DNA of 64,000 nt from an uncultured Ruminococcus sp. (lineage in GTDB: Bacteria > Bacillota > Clostridia > Oscillospirales > Ruminococcaceae), in the NCBI GenBank assembly GCA_947627625.1, contig CANQWR010000006.1, forward strand, positions 11,571-75,570, given 5' to 3'. Below the pieces are notes generated by a model. The model did no database searches. It was not told where the DNA came from and worked only from the letters and a program-made list of their open reading frames with translations. Positions 1 through 9,739 of the stretch are shown piece after piece. Made by a program: the position numbers and the translations under genes. The number at the start of each line of letters is the position of its first letter. The first letter of the stretch is position 1.

Positions 1-229
1 ATACGACAGGACCGATATTGAAGTCTTTGGAATACCGTCTTCACAGCTTGCGGACGACAACCAGTTAAAAGGCGGTTCAAATATAATTCTTCTCGGAAAA
101 CTGATAAAGGAGACGGGTCTTTTCGGTCTGGAGACGGTACAGAAAGCGATAGAAAAGGTAGTACCGCCGTCCAAAGCTAAGTTGATACCCAACAATCTCA
201 AAGCTATCGAGATAGGCATGAATAACTGA
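1..229 (+). CDS. C-terminal fragment of 2-oxoacid:ferredoxin oxidoreductase gamma subunit (runs off the window start)
   Basis: Frame 2 reads YDRTDIEVFGIPSSQLADDNQLKGGSNIILLGKLIK...LIPNNLKAIEIGMNN*, resembling the KorC/PorG C-terminus (N-x-x-x-LG ... N-x-x-A). Confidence 0.7.
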   Translation, partial: YDRTDIEVFGIPSSQLADDNQLKGGSNIILLGKLIKETGLFGLETVQKAIEKVVPPSKAKLIPNNLKAIEIGMNN

Positions 230-249
230 TTTTGAGACTGTAAACGTTA

Positions 250-570
250 AGGGACTCTGCCCCCACACACCCCTTGACCCACAAAATTAAACGGTAGATT
301 GCCACGGAGGACGGAGTTTGTTTCTTCTGTGGAATAATCATGGGGGGTTCGGGGGGATTCTTCCCCCCGACGGGGGTCTGGGGGCAGAGCCCCCAGTGGG
401 GGTTCAGGGGGCAAAGCCCCCTGCCCCTAATCGTTCTAAGGGGGGCTTGGGGGGCAACGCCCCCCAACAGTCCACAAATCAAAAAAATTTCCAAAAAAAT
501 ATAATTTTAAGAAAATTATTTTTTGGGCGAAGCCCCCAACGACTTTCAAAAAGAGGTTCGGGGGGAAAGC
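250..570 (+). repeat. Modular GC-rich palindromic intergenic repeat (REP/MITE-like), copy 1
   Basis: ATCATGGGGGGTTCGGGGGGATTCTTCCCCCCGACGGGGGTCTGGGGGCAGAGCCCCCAGTGGGGGTTCAGGGGGCAAAGCCCCCTGCCCCTAATCGTTCTA plus an AT-rich hairpin module; recurs throughout the window. Confidence 0.9.
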
Positions 571-618
571 GTTTCCCTGATTATTATTTTGAAATAAATT
601 TTTTCCCGAAAAAAACTC

Positions 619-647
619 TTGACATGAAATCACCGAAATGATATAAT
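619..647 (+). promoter_or_regulatory. Sigma-A promoter of the T-box leader
   Basis: TTGACA (619-624), 17 bp spacer, TATAAT (642-647) with an upstream TG. Confidence 0.85.
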
Positions 648-659
648 ATTTATAACACT

Positions 660-905
660 TCAAATCTGTGACGAGGAAGGTCTTTTCCGCATTGCCACTT
701 ACAGAGAGCCGTTTTTGCTGAGAGTACGGCAGGGGCAGGATTAAGACACACCACCTCCGAGAGCGTCCAATAAACGACGGTTTGCCCCCGTTACAGGGCA
801 TTGAGAGGTACGGAATTTTTCCGTGCGAATAAGGGTGGAACAGCGGTATTGAAAAAAATCGCCCCTTGTGTCTTTTTCAAGCACGAGGGGTTTTGTGCTT
901 TTTTG
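660..905 (+). promoter_or_regulatory. T-box riboswitch, probably Thr-specific
   Basis: AGAGAGC and GCTGAGA stem-I motifs, candidate ACC specifier near 750-755, T-box AATAAGGGTGGAACAGCG (828-845), terminator hairpin with U-tract at about 860-903; thrS lies downstream. Confidence 0.9.
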
Positions 906-922
906 GGGAGGGGGAATTTTCC

Positions 923-1168
923 GTGGCAGAAAAAATTTCTGAAATTATTCTTTACTCACTTGCAGGATTGGTAATTATTTCCGTCCTGATTCTGACACTG
1001 ATTTTCATAGTGATTGCGATAATACAGAATATAGTCAGGGCTTTCAGGGTATGGGGAGGCAGCGGGGACGAAAAAAGTGAAAAAAGTTCCCGAAAAATAA
1101 TATATTTTCTGTCCGCAGCAGTTTTGGCGATTCCTGCTGTGCTTATTATAGTATTTCTTTTAATATAA
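923..1168 (+). CDS. Small hypothetical membrane protein (2 TM)
   Basis: GTG start after GGGGAGGGGG RBS; two hydrophobic stretches. Confidence 0.55.
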   Translation: MAEKISEIILYSLAGLVIISVLILTLIFIVIAIIQNIVRAFRVWGGSGDEKSEKSSRKIIYFLSAAVLAIPAVLIIVFLLI

Positions 1169-1173
1169 ATTTT

Positions 1174-1422
1174 ATGATTTTAATTTACACAAATATGAAA
1201 ATAGAGAAAATTTTTTCAACAGCTTTCTGCAACGAGTGCGGGAGCAAATTTCTTAAAAGAAGTTCCAAAATGAAAAGTCTCTGTGCGGAGTGTTCGCACA
1301 TAATTTACGGTTACAAAAATTGCGGACACGTCTTTGAAAATGGTGTCTGCGTAAAATGTCTCTGGGACGGAAGCAGGAGCGAGTATATTGTCTCACTCCC
1401 GAAAGAGGAGGTGAATTTATGA
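1174..1422 (+). CDS. Small Cys-rich putative zinc-binding protein
   Basis: CNEC, CAEC, CGH and CVKC motifs; stop overlaps the next start (ATGA); true start may be 1195. Confidence 0.65.
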   Translation: MILIYTNMKIEKIFSTAFCNECGSKFLKRSSKMKSLCAECSHIIYGYKNCGHVFENGVCVKCLWDGSRSEYIVSLPKEEVNL

Positions 1423-1793
1423 ACAAAATCAAGTACAACGAAAAAGAGGAAGCTTTTGAGATTGTCTACAAAATCTGGAGCAAGGACATAACTGTCAGGT
1501 TTTATGTTGACTCTCAGGACGAGATTATGAAAAACATAAGCGAGATAGCACTCCGGCTTGAAAAAGTCGGGAACAGCCGACAGGAGATTGCAAGGATTGT
1601 CGCCGAGGAGGGCTATTATGAGGGAGCGGTTGAGACTCTTGAAAAGTCGATAGAGGTGACATACGCCTATGTTGACATTGACGAGGACGGCGTTGTGATT
1701 TGCATGACGGTCACGAGTGCGGACGGCTATCTCAAACCGCTTGCCGTTGAGCTTCTTGACAGCGATTTTGAGGTGACAGGTTGGGTTGTATAA
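1419..1793 (+). CDS. Hypothetical acidic protein (about 124 aa)
   Basis: GAGGAGGTG RBS before ATG 1419, translationally coupled to the upstream ORF. Confidence 0.7.
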   Translation: MNKIKYNEKEEAFEIVYKIWSKDITVRFYVDSQDEIMKNISEIALRLEKVGNSRQEIARIVAEEGYYEGAVETLEKSIEVTYAYVDIDEDGVVICMTVTSADGYLKPLAVELLDSDFEVTGWVV

Positions 1794-1825
1794 CACCCTG
1801 CCGACTTTGGTTTTAAGTCAAATTA

Positions 1826-1970
1826 GGACGATGAGGGGCAGGGGGCGTTGCCCCCTGAACCCCCATTGGGGGCTCTGCCCCCAAACCCCCGTCGGGGGGA
1901 AGAATCCCCCCGAACCCCCCATGATAGTCTTCTGTTTCTGTTTTGGGAGTTAGGGGGTGGAATCCCCGGT
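1826..1970 (-). repeat. GC-rich palindromic repeat, copy 2 (inverted)
   Basis: Reverse complement of the core module. Confidence 0.85.
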
Positions 1971-2003
1971 CTATATAATAATTAAAAATAAGGAGAGATT
2001 AAA

Positions 2004-3950
2004 ATGATAAAACTGACGCTTAAAGACGGAAATATCCGTGAAATCGAGGGTGCAATGCCCGCTTGCGAGATAGTCAAGGGCATAGGCATGGGGCTTTACA
2101 AGTCCGCCTGCTGTGTGAAGATAGACGGACAGGTGAAAGACCTCCGCACGGTCGTTGATTCGGACTGTGAGTTTGAAGTCTGCACTTTTGACACTATCGA
2201 GGGCAAAAAGACTTTCTGGCACACGGCTTCCCACATACTTGCACAGGCTGTAAAAAGACTGTACCCGCAGGCGAAACTTGCCATAGGTCCTGCAATCGAC
2301 AACGGTTTCTATTACGATTTTGACCTTGAAAAGCCGTTTACTCCCGATGACCTTCTGAAAATCGAGGACGAGATGAAGAAGATAGTCAAAGAGAACATAG
2401 CTCTTGAGCAGTTTGAGCTTGCACCCGATGAAGCAATCAAGATGCTTAAAGAGATGGACGAGCCGTATAAGGTGGAACTTTGTGAGGAACACGCAGGCAA
2501 GGGTGAGCCTATTTCGTTCTATAAGCAGGGTGATTTTACGGACCTCTGTGCAGGACCGCACCTGATGTCCACCGCACCCGTAAAGGCTTTCAAACTCCTG
2601 TCTTGCACGGGTGCATACTGGAGGGGCAGTGAGAAAAACAAAGCTCTTTCGAGGGTTTACGCAACAGCTTATCCGAAAGTGTCCGAACTTGAAGCAGACC
2701 TGAAACAGCGTGAGGAGGCGAAAATGCGTGACCACAACAAGCTTGGACGTGAACTTGAATATTTCACGACAGTTGACGTTATCGGACAGGGCTTGCCTGT
2801 GATTTTGCCGAAAGGTGCAAGAGTTATACAGCTTTTGCAGAGATGGGTTGAGGACGTTGAACAGAAACACGGCTATCTGCTGACAAAAACGCCCTATCTT
2901 GCAAAGAGGGAGCTTTACAGGATTTCGGGACACTGGGACCACTATCTTGACGGAATGTTCATTCTCGGAGACCCCTATGATGAGGAAAAAGAGTGTTTTG
3001 CACTCCGTCCGATGACCTGTCCATTCCAATATCAGGTTTACCTGAACAGACAGCGTTCTTACAGAGATTTGCCAATGCGACTTGGTGAGACCTCCACGCT
3101 TTTCAGAAAAGAGGATTCGGGAGAGATGCACGGTCTTATCCGTGTGAGACAGTTCACAATTTCGGAGGGACATCTTGTGCTCCGTCCCGACCAGCTTGAA
3201 GAGGAGTTCAAAGACTGTCTTGATTTGGCAAAGGAAATGCTCGGAACAGTCGGACTTCTTGAGGACTGCACTTTCAGATTTTCACAGTGGAATCCCGAAA
3301 ACCCCGACAACAAGTATGAGGGTACGGCTGAACAGTGGGAAGAGGCACAGAGTGCAATGAAAAAGATACTCGACCACCTTGGACTTGAATACACTATCGG
3401 CATAGATGAAGCAGCTTTTTACGGTCCTAAGCTTGATATTCAGTACAAGAACGTATACGGCAAAGAGGACACTCTTGTCACAATTCAGATTGATATGCTC
3501 CTTGCACAGCGTTTCGGCATGGAGTACGTTGATGCTGACGGAACTAAGAAGTACCCGTATATTATCCACAGGACTTCTCTCGGCTGCTATGAGCGTACAC
3601 TTGCGTACATGATTGAGAAGTATGCAGGAGCAATGCCCCTATGGCTTGCACCCGAACAGGTTCGTATAGTACCCGTGGCGGACCGTCACCTTGACTACTG
3701 CAATGAGATTATGAAACTGCTTGAAACGGCAGGAATAAGGTGTTCGATAGACGACAGAGCGGAAAAAGTCGGCAGGAAAGTCCGTGATGCAAGAGTAGAA
3801 AAACTGCCCGTGTGGGTGACAGTGGGGGACAAGGAACTTGAAAACGGAACGGTTTCGGTGACATCACGCCGTGAGGGGGACTTGGGTTCAATGACGAAAT
3901 CGGAACTTCTCGAAAAGCTCCTGAAGGACATAGCAGACAAAATCAGATAA
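2004..3950 (+). CDS. thrS: Threonine--tRNA ligase
   Basis: TGS N-terminus, HTASHILAQAV, DLCAGPH, RPMTCP, AFYGPKLD and anticodon-binding C-terminus. Confidence 0.98.
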   Translation: MIKLTLKDGNIREIEGAMPACEIVKGIGMGLYKSACCVKIDGQVKDLRTVVDSDCEFEVCTFDTIEGKKTFWHTASHILAQAVKRLYPQAKLAIGPAIDNGFYYDFDLEKPFTPDDLLKIEDEMKKIVKENIALEQFELAPDEAIKMLKEMDEPYKVELCEEHAGKGEPISFYKQGDFTDLCAGPHLMSTAPVKAFKLLSCTGAYWRGSEKNKALSRVYATAYPKVSELEADLKQREEAKMRDHNKLGRELEYFTTVDVIGQGLPVILPKGARVIQLLQRWVEDVEQKHGYLLTKTPYLAKRELYRISGHWDHYLDGMFILGDPYDEEKECFALRPMTCPFQYQVYLNRQRSYRDLPMRLGETSTLFRKEDSGEMHGLIRVRQFTISEGHLVLRPDQLEEEFKDCLDLAKEMLGTVGLLEDCTFRFSQWNPENPDNKYEGTAEQWEEAQSAMKKILDHLGLEYTIGIDEAAFYGPKLDIQYKNVYGKEDTLVTIQIDMLLAQRFGMEYVDADGTKKYPYIIHRTSLGCYERTLAYMIEKYAGAMPLWLAPEQVRIVPVADRHLDYCNEIMKLLETAGIRCSIDDRAEKVGRKVRDARVEKLPVWVTVGDKELENGTVSVTSRREGDLGSMTKSELLEKLLKDIADKIR

Positions 3951-3957
3951 TAAACAA

Positions 3958-3991
3958 TAAAAAAAGACTGTCTTCGGACAGTCTTTTTTAT
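3958..3991. terminator. Bidirectional rho-independent terminator
   Basis: AAAAAAGACTGTC-TTCG-GACAGTCTTTTTT. Confidence 0.9.
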
Positions 3992-4009
3992 TGCCTTATG
4001 GCATTAGGA

Positions 4010-4260
4010 TTTGGGGGGCTTTGCCTTGTGGGGGGCTCCGCCCCCCACTCCCCCCATTAACGATAAGGGGCAGGGGGCGTTGCCCCCTGAACCCCCATTG
4101 GGGGCTCTGCCCCCAACCCCCCGTCGGGGGGATTTGAAAATGGGGACACCCCAAGCCCCGCCCCCGAACCCCCATGATTAACCCCAAACTCAAAAATTAG
4201 CAGAACTGACTGTGAGTTTCTATTATGGGGGTACGGGGGTAAAGCCCCCAGTCCAAAGGG
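4010..4260 (-). repeat. GC-rich palindromic repeat, copy 3
   Basis: Inverted core module with a GGGGTGTCCCCATTTTCAAAT insert variant. Confidence 0.85.
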
Positions 4261-4289
4261 GGAAAATGTCCTCCCATATTATATATAAA

Positions 4290-6479
4290 TTATAATACAC
4301 CCGATTCGCTGTTTTCATAGTTGCTGTAGACGGGTTCACTGCTCTCCGCAGGTTCACCGCCTGTAACAAAACCGCCGTTCGGGTCGGAGAAGACGCTGCT
4401 CTCGGGGGGAGTGGACACTTCAGGTGCGGAACTGCTCTCGGGAGGTGTTTCGACTACAGAGGAGGACTCAACGGGTGCGGAACTGCTCTCGGGAGGTGTG
4501 TCAACCACAGAGGACTCAACGGGTGCGGAACTGCTCTCGGGGGGAGGAGTTACAACGGAAGAGGAGGACTCCGCAGGCTGTTCGGGTTCTGAATAACTGT
4601 AGTCCTCACTGTATTCGGGAGTGCTGTACTCATCGTAACTGCTGTAATCGTTTCCCGTGTCGGGGGCTATGTAGTAGACCATCAGCTTTTTGCCCTCTTT
4701 GTTGCTGAATTTGTCACCCGCTTGGACATCTTTTCCGTCTATCTGTAGAGACACGACGTATTCGGGAGTACCCCAGCCGTATTCGGACACGACAAGGGAG
4801 TAATTCTGAATGCCCGCTTCTTTTAGTTTTGTCTCATATTGAGTATAAGTCATATTTTCGTATTCGGGAATGACAGCGTTGTCCCTGCCCTTGCTTATTT
4901 TTATTTTGACGACCGAACCCGACGAAATCTGTGTCCCCGGGTCTATACTCTGTTCAAAAATCATATCGGACTCATATTCGTCATTGTACTCATATGTGGG
5001 GTCAAAGACGAGAAAATCGCTCCACTTGGGCTCTGTGATTTCGTAGAATTTTCCAATCAAATCGGGCATTTCGGTATTCAGTTCGGAAGTTTCTGTCTCT
5101 GTCTCTGTGGTTTCGGTCTCACCCGACACAACGTTGTCGGAGATGGAGGAGCTTTCCCCGATATCCGATTCGGGACTCTTTTTCGGAGTGACCATCTGCA
5201 TTATTACGACAGATATAATCAGGAGTATTCCGAACAGGAGTATACCGATTAGTACGGGGACTTTCAGCCTGTCGACGGTGTTCACCTCTTCATAGGTGTA
5301 GTTTCTCTCCTGTGGAGGTGGGTAGTAGTTTCTCTGTTGCACAGGGGGATTTCGGTAAGCAGGTTGCTGTCTCCGTGGGGGATTGTTGTTATTGTTATAA
5401 TTATTATAATTATTGTTATTATAATTATAATTATTCGGAACGGGTGCGGGATAGCCGTTTCGGACGGGTGCTGCACCTCTGAAGTTGTCGGTGCGGACGG
5501 GTTCGGGGGAAGTCTCAGCGGGTTGATGTTCAAAGAGTCTTGTGACGAGTTCGGTTATAGTCTGTATTCTGTCTCTGCCCGAGAGGTTCATACCGTCCAT
5601 GATAACTCTTGAGACGTGCGGAGGGATACTGCCATTTATTTTACAGGGTTCGAGCAAATCGTCCTGTTTCATGCGGACAGTTGACTCAACGGGCATACAG
5701 CCCGTCAAAGCCCTGTAGAGGAGTGCACATATGCCGTAAACATCGGTCCACGAACCTTGGCGACTGCTTCCCGAGTACTGTTCGGGTGCGGAGTAACCTC
5801 TGTACAGTTCGCATTCAAGCCCCGCATCGGCAGTCCTCACGGCGGAGACGCAGAACCCCGCAAGTTTCAGTTCTCCCTTTGAATTTATGTAGATAGTTTC
5901 GGGACTTATTCCCCTGTGGATAAGACCCGAGTTGTGGAGAATGCCTATAGTCGTAAAGAGAGGCGGGAATATTTTCGAGACCTGTCCCCAGCTTAGTTCG
6001 CCCGCATTTTCTTTGAGATAGTCGACCATTTTTATGCCGTCTATGTACTCATAGACCGTATAAGTGGTGTTGTTTTCGGAGAACATATCGAGGACGTGGT
6101 TTATATTGGAGTTGCTTCTCAGCCTTGCGAGAGACTTGTTGAGTTCGGTGTATTCCGCCATAAAAGCCTTGTACTTTGCGAGGTCGTTATAGTGTACATT
6201 TATCAGAGACTTCCCCGTAACTCTTGTACACAGGTTAACAGGCATATACTCTCTTATAAGAACTTTACAGCCGGTAGACATATCGTGTCCGGCATAAGTA
6301 GCCCCCTCACCGTTAGCCTCAAGCATAATGCCGATTAGATACCTGTCATGGAGAATAGTGCCGGGCGTTATATATGAAGGGTTATCGGGTGTAGTATCAT
6401 CGTATCCGCAGTAAGGGCAGATATGGAGTTTCATGTCATATTTTTCAAGACATCTGTAACAGAATTTACGTTCACCCAA
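4290..6479 (-). CDS. PknB/PrkC-like Ser/Thr kinase-family protein (probable pseudokinase): Zn-ribbon, kinase fold, TM, PASTA, acidic PESSS repeat tail
   Basis: CYRC/CPYC N-terminus; GYSAPEQY and TDVYGICALLYRALTG kinase motifs; TM helix; PASTA-like MPDLIGK...KISKG. Confidence 0.85.
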   Translation of the reverse strand: MGERKFCYRCLEKYDMKLHICPYCGYDDTTPDNPSYITPGTILHDRYLIGIMLEANGEGATYAGHDMSTGCKVLIREYMPVNLCTRVTGKSLINVHYNDLAKYKAFMAEYTELNKSLARLRSNSNINHVLDMFSENNTTYTVYEYIDGIKMVDYLKENAGELSWGQVSKIFPPLFTTIGILHNSGLIHRGISPETIYINSKGELKLAGFCVSAVRTADAGLECELYRGYSAPEQYSGSSRQGSWTDVYGICALLYRALTGCMPVESTVRMKQDDLLEPCKINGSIPPHVSRVIMDGMNLSGRDRIQTITELVTRLFEHQPAETSPEPVRTDNFRGAAPVRNGYPAPVPNNYNYNNNNYNNYNNNNNPPRRQQPAYRNPPVQQRNYYPPPQERNYTYEEVNTVDRLKVPVLIGILLFGILLIISVVIMQMVTPKKSPESDIGESSSISDNVVSGETETTETETETSELNTEMPDLIGKFYEITEPKWSDFLVFDPTYEYNDEYESDMIFEQSIDPGTQISSGSVVKIKISKGRDNAVIPEYENMTYTQYETKLKEAGIQNYSLVVSEYGWGTPEYVVSLQIDGKDVQAGDKFSNKEGKKLMVYYIAPDTGNDYSSYDEYSTPEYSEDYSYSEPEQPAESSSSVVTPPPESSSAPVESSVVDTPPESSSAPVESSSVVETPPESSSAPEVSTPPESSVFSDPNGGFVTGGEPAESSEPVYSNYENSESGVL

Positions 6480-6652
6480 AGTATTTCCTCCTTTAATTTA
6501 TTTCATGCACAAAAAGGCATCATAATTATTTTAACAGCATTCGGACAAAAAGTCAATATCAAAATATGGATAAACGGCAAAAGTCGAAAATTGTATTTTT
6601 TCTGTAATCAATGAGAAATAATTAGATTATTGAATAAATTTTCGTATCGATT

Positions 6653-6900
6653 TGAAGTATTGAGATAACTTGCGGGGTTTTGGCGGACACCGCCTAAGAC
6701 GTGCTTTTCGGATAATTTGCGGGGTTGATATGGACACCGTTTAGACGTGCTTTTTAGAGTGTTCGCCGTATATCAGCCCGAAGTATTCAGATAACTTGCA
6801 GGGTTGAGACGGACACCGTTCAGACGTGTTTTTTAGAGTGTTTGCCGTATATCAGCCCGAAGTATTCAGATAACTTGCGGGGTCGTGGCAGACACCGTTG
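6653..6900 (-). repeat. Degenerate tandem copies of the 3' end of the M23 peptidase gene
   Basis: GATAA(C/T)TTGC(G/A)GGGT-n8-GACACCG occurs four times; the last copy is the real gene end. Confidence 0.85.
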
Positions 6901-8525
6901 TAACGCACTTCAAAGTGGCAGTGCGGACCGCTTGAGTCACCCGTCGAACCGACATAGCCTATTAGCTGACCTTTGGAGACAGTCTGTCCCGAGAGTACCG
7001 CCGTCCTGTTCATGTGTGCGTACAAAGTCTGATAGCCGTTGCCGTGGTCAATCATGACGACATTTCCGTAACCGCCTGAGTTCCAACCGGAGGCTATTAC
7101 GGTACCCTCCTCGGCGGCGTAAATTTCGGTGTTCATATCGGCGGCGATGTCAAGCCCCTGATGGTTTCTGTTGCTTATGAAAGTGTCGCTTATCCAGCCG
7201 CCGTCCACGGGCCAGCCAAATTCGCCCGTACCGCTGAGGACAGTGTCGGAACTTGCGGGCTTTGCGGAGTATATACCGATACCTATCTGTTCCATGACGG
7301 GTTCTCTTGTTATTTTACTGCTGAGAGTTTTTCTGGACTTTTCTATTCCGTCCACGTATGTTATCTCCACATTGCTGACTTTTTCGCCCTTTACTCCCTT
7401 TACTATTATCTCTTTTACTCCCACATTGAGAGAGCTTGTCTCTGTCTCCATAGTCTCGTAGTCGAGGAAAGAGAGAGTTTCCATGTCTCTTATGTACTGT
7501 ATAGGCAGAAAACTCTCGTGTTCAACGACATTGAGCATCTGACCGGCAGTCACATAGGTTTTAGCGATTGGGTTCATCTCCTGGAAGTCTTCAAGTTCCA
7601 TGTTGAATTTTCTTGAAATAGTGACGGGAGTGTCACCTTGCTGAGCGACATAGACGGTCTTTTTGTCTTTGGAGGAAGTAAGGAGCTTTATAGCTTCAGT
7701 GTCCTCCATCATGCTGTCCGTCAGATAGATACCCTGTTTGTATTCGACTTTGTTCACATAGGAAACGTCACGGACATTTACCGCACCCGTGTCGTAATTT
7801 ATAAGTCTGTCTATGAGAGTGTCCTCAACCCTGTCCTTGTTCTGGACAGCACCGATAAATTCGCCGTCCACATATATACCCCAACCCTCTGCAAGCTCCT
7901 GATTTGACGATGAGAGCATTTCGTTTGCGAGTTCAACGGAAGAGACATATCTGTCCGTATCGGAAATTATTTTCAGCGAAAAACTTGCGGAGGAGTTCAG
8001 TCTGACAGTCTCATCACCCTCAAGATATGATATTCTCTTCTGTACCTCCTGCTGTGCCTCGTCAAAATCAGCCTCCGCAGAGATTATACCGAGTTCTCTG
8101 CCGTTGTACTCAACAGCTATTCCGTATTCAAGCCCCGAACCGTATTTTATAACTCCAATCAGAAATATCACCGAAACAACGGGCATTATATAATTAAAAG
8201 CGGTGTAAAATACTCCCTCCTCGCCAAAGAGGAAAGAGCCTATAAACTCCGCAACAGCATTTCTGTAGACCTCTCCGCCCTGTTTTTTAGCGGATCTTAT
8301 ATTTTTGAGGAGTTCATTTGACATATTGACACGGTGTCTGAATGACTCCGAAAAAAATCTCACAAGAGAGAAAATGTCCCTGAAAACGCCTTTCAGCAGA
8401 CTGAAAATTTCAGAGAACAGAAATACAACGATTCCGCAAATCAGATTCAGAATACCGGCTATGAACTTTATCGGGGCAAGTCCCGCAAGAGCGAGCAGAT
8501 TTACAATTCCTCTGAAAAAATTCAA
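6852..8525 (-). CDS. Membrane-anchored LysM/G5/peptidase M23 cell-wall endopeptidase
   Basis: LysM-like YVAQQGDT, G5-like domain, HQGLDIA and GPHCHFEV zinc motifs. Confidence 0.92.
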   Translation of the reverse strand: MNFFRGIVNLLALAGLAPIKFIAGILNLICGIVVFLFSEIFSLLKGVFRDIFSLVRFFSESFRHRVNMSNELLKNIRSAKKQGGEVYRNAVAEFIGSFLFGEEGVFYTAFNYIMPVVSVIFLIGVIKYGSGLEYGIAVEYNGRELGIISAEADFDEAQQEVQKRISYLEGDETVRLNSSASFSLKIISDTDRYVSSVELANEMLSSSNQELAEGWGIYVDGEFIGAVQNKDRVEDTLIDRLINYDTGAVNVRDVSYVNKVEYKQGIYLTDSMMEDTEAIKLLTSSKDKKTVYVAQQGDTPVTISRKFNMELEDFQEMNPIAKTYVTAGQMLNVVEHESFLPIQYIRDMETLSFLDYETMETETSSLNVGVKEIIVKGVKGEKVSNVEITYVDGIEKSRKTLSSKITREPVMEQIGIGIYSAKPASSDTVLSGTGEFGWPVDGGWISDTFISNRNHQGLDIAADMNTEIYAAEEGTVIASGWNSGGYGNVVMIDHGNGYQTLYAHMNRTAVLSGQTVSKGQLIGYVGSTGDSSGPHCHFEVRYNGVCHDPASYLNTSG

Positions 8526-8559
8526 ACAAAATACCTCTTTTCAAAGCAGACTAAGGTTT

Positions 8560-9075
8560 GCACCTTGTGGGGGGTTCACCCCTGAACTTCAAAATAGAAA
8601 CAGGAGACTGTTATCTGGGGGACGCTGTCCCCCAGACCCCCTGCCAAAGGGGGAAACCCCCTTTGGAAACCCGTGATTAGATATTTTTAGTTTTCTAACT
8701 ATTCAAGTGTAGCGAAACTTGACGGAGTTTCCATCATAGGGTAGGGGGTGTTCCTTATGTGGGAATAATCATGGGGGGTTCGGGGGGATTCTTCCCCCCG
8801 ACGGGGGTCTGGGGGCGGAGCCCCCAGTGGGGGTTCAGGGGGGAAAGCCCCCTGCCCCTTGTCGTTCTAATATTTAGAGAGAACTGCACCTGTTTCGTTG
8901 TTATTTTAATAGAAAAAATTCCAAAAAAACATAATTTTAAGAAAATTATTTTTTGGGGCAAAGCCCCCGTCCCTAATCGTTCTAATTAAAATTTGCACAG
9001 TCCCCGACAGTCCACGAATTAAAAAAATCTCCAAAAAAATATAATTTTAAGAAAATTATTTTTTCCCTTATCGTT
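8560..9075 (+). repeat. GC-rich palindromic repeat, copy 4 (with two ~110-bp units)
   Basis: Core module followed by tandem AT-rich hairpin units. Confidence 0.85.
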
Positions 9076-9225
9076 CACCTAAAAAAGTTCACTCGAAAAA
9101 ATCCCCCACAGAGCCAATTATAGCACTAAACAGTACGAATTACAACAGATTTTTTATCACTTTGTAGGACTGCACAAAAAAGACTCGCCTTGGAGAAAGA
9201 TAATTTCCCATAAATCACATTGAAA

Positions 9226-9714
9226 TCAGTCTCTTGCGTAATTGTAGTCGAGCATTTCGGGGGTGTAATTTTCAAGTTTTTCAAGCAGCGGCAGAACGTC
9301 CTTTTTTGCGGATTGCAGATCGTGTTCGAGATAATTTCCGCACTCCTCTACACTGCAACCGGGAATTTCCCCCTCAAAATCGGCTATAAACCTGTAAGCT
9401 CTCCGAACAAGTTCAATAGCGTCCTCTCTTGAAACGCTGTCTCTTGTCAGCATATAGAAACCAGTCCGACAGCCCATAGGACCTATGTAGACTATATCTT
9501 TTGAAAACTCCGAATTTCTTGCATAAGTTGCAAAGAGGTGTTCGATAGTGTGCAGGGAGGGGTTTGATATGTAAACTCCCCCGTTTGGCTTGACCATTCT
9601 GACGTCGTAAGTAATCACATCGCCGTCAATTCTTGAAATGTACATACCCACGCCGAATTTGGTGTGGTCGACTTCAAAGCTTGCGATTCTGTTCATATTT
9701 TCCATAAAAATCAA
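9226..9714 (-). CDS. luxS: S-ribosylhomocysteine lyase
   Basis: IASFEVDH, HTIEHLFATY, GPMGCRTGFY and ECGNY motifs. Confidence 0.95.
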   Translation of the reverse strand: MIFMENMNRIASFEVDHTKFGVGMYISRIDGDVITYDVRMVKPNGGVYISNPSLHTIEHLFATYARNSEFSKDIVYIGPMGCRTGFYMLTRDSVSREDAIELVRRAYRFIADFEGEIPGCSVEECGNYLEHDLQSAKKDVLPLLEKLENYTPEMLDYNYARD

Positions 9715-9739
9715 ATCCTTTCTTTAATAAATGCCTTAT

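Noticed and set aside
204..641. ORFs such as 204-494, 318-641, 23893-24309 and 50011-50476
   Set aside because: They are translations of the palindromic repeat family and recur with the same pseudo-peptides
6653..6900. Diversity-generating retroelement template/variable repeats
   Set aside because: No reverse transcriptase in the window, and the differences are not confined to adenines of one template
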